A stretch of DNA of 64,000 bases from contig OZ024742.1 in assembly GCA_964016885.1 (NCBI GenBank), positions 33,480,001 through 33,544,000 on the forward strand, written 5' to 3'. The stretch comes from Eledone cirrhosa (taxonomy: Eukaryota). The notes beneath the pieces are model-generated. The model was given only the letters and a program-made list of their open reading frames with translations. It did not search any database and had not been told where the DNA came from. Each line of letters opens with the position of its first letter. Position 1 is the stretch's first letter. Shown piece after piece: positions 62,686 through 64,000 of the stretch. The position numbers were made by a program, and so were the translations under genes.

Positions 62686-64000
62686 ACCACGATAATACTA
62701 AACTGCTATATTATTAATTTATTAAAAATAGCCTACGCTGAAGCTATACGAAAAATACAAGAATCATGGACTTTGTTTGTAAAAGTAGAATTAAAGTTGT
62801 ATTTACCAAAGAAACTTGGTGAACTTCACTGGCTTCGTCGAGAGATCAAGAGACCGTGAAGAAATGTAATCACCTAGTTTTTGTTCTTATGTTGGAAGAA
62901 TTTGAGATACTGGTAGTTGTTGAATTACAATGTCATTAGTGCTGTGTGCTATCCATTTTCTTCAATGATGTTCATGTTGATGATGATGATGATGATGATA
63001 TACTCTTTACACCCAAACTTAAGTTTTCCTACAATATAGTCATGAAATGAATATGCTGACCTCAAGTATGCAACTCATCATCATAGATATATGAACTGTA
63101 CATAACATTATTGAATGCACAACACTAAACATTTAATTTTATGACATATGAGCTGACAGCTGAATAACAATAATACAAGTTCATTGACTTCTAAAAGTAG
63201 CAACATAGAATTGAGAGCATATTGGCTTAGTCGGCCATGTGCAACAAAGTGTGACAATTTGTGCAATATGATATATTTAACATCAATTTTCTGTGCTTGT
63301 ATGTGTTAGATAGGCTGTTGTGTTATGAGGCTAGATGAGTCAAGTGACAACGTTGTGACCATACAATCTGTTTTGAGGTTGGTTTTATATAGCTGGATGC
63401 CCTTCCTAACACCAACCACATTTATAGTTGGTACTGGGAGATTTTTTTGTGGTTCCACTATTATGATCTTACAGGGTGGACTGAGTTGGAAAAAGAAGGT
63501 GTATTGGTGATGTGGAAGAGAGTTCAAGAAGAGTATATCATCATCATCATCAAATGCCTATTTTTCATACCTACCTGGGTTAGTTGGACTGTCATGTTCT
63601 GAGATTAGGCCAGACACATGGGCACATCTAATTCATAAGTTTTGTTTTAGCATGGCTTCTATGACTGGATGCCTTTGCAATCTATCAAAGCATTTTATCA
63701 TGGTATATAATGGGGTGTGCTCAGCTTTCCAAGAAGGCAAGAGGTTGAATTAAGTGCAAGAATTGCAGGAGCTGGTGCAGTAATGCGCCAACTTCAGCAT
63801 TCGGTAATGAGAAGGGAGGTTTATATTTTCATTCTGAAAGAATTGCAAACGATTTGTAATGTTATTATGAAATAAATATTGTAATGCATCTGACATGTGT
63901 CAAGAGGGTTGTTTTCGGAGATAATATTATGTTTAGATAGGAGAGCCGTTCCTCTATTTATCACTTATTGAATCTAATGATAAACACTAGCTGTACAATT

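Noticed and set aside
63819-63868. Third match to the 12325-12370 segment
   Set aside because: Short. It indicates that this part is a dispersed repeat tail, not a further promoter copy.

Overview
AT-rich, repeat-dense eukaryotic genomic DNA. The SINE, RTE and Penelope content and the (TA)n/(CAT)n tracts suggest an octopus or other cephalopod (inference). Host genes: the first four coding exons of an FAAH-like amidase on the minus strand (continuing off the left edge), head-to-head with a three-coding-exon ECHDC1 (ethylmalonyl-CoA decarboxylase, 305 aa). ECHDC1 is present twice in a ~11 kb tandem duplication (13125-23800 and 28593-39986), and both ORFs are intact. The duplicated unit excludes the putative bidirectional promoter and non-coding first exons (~11500-11880). 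An inverted copy of that promoter segment lies between the two units (23904-25675), so its FAAH-side splice donor now faces ECHDC1 copy 2: a candidate promoter swap that could also produce antisense RNA into copy 1. The rest is mobile DNA: CR1, L2, RTE, CRE-like and Penelope fragments, a Gypsy remnant, four solo LTRs with 4-bp TSDs, two Helitrons, MITEs and SINEs. There is also a TSD-bounded Tx1/L1-like LINE encoding a single 1101-aa ORF with a truncated endonuclease, and a pair of minimal hammerhead ribozyme motifs in inverted orientation about 10.5 kb apart. All alignments were read by eye, so repeat boundaries are approximate.
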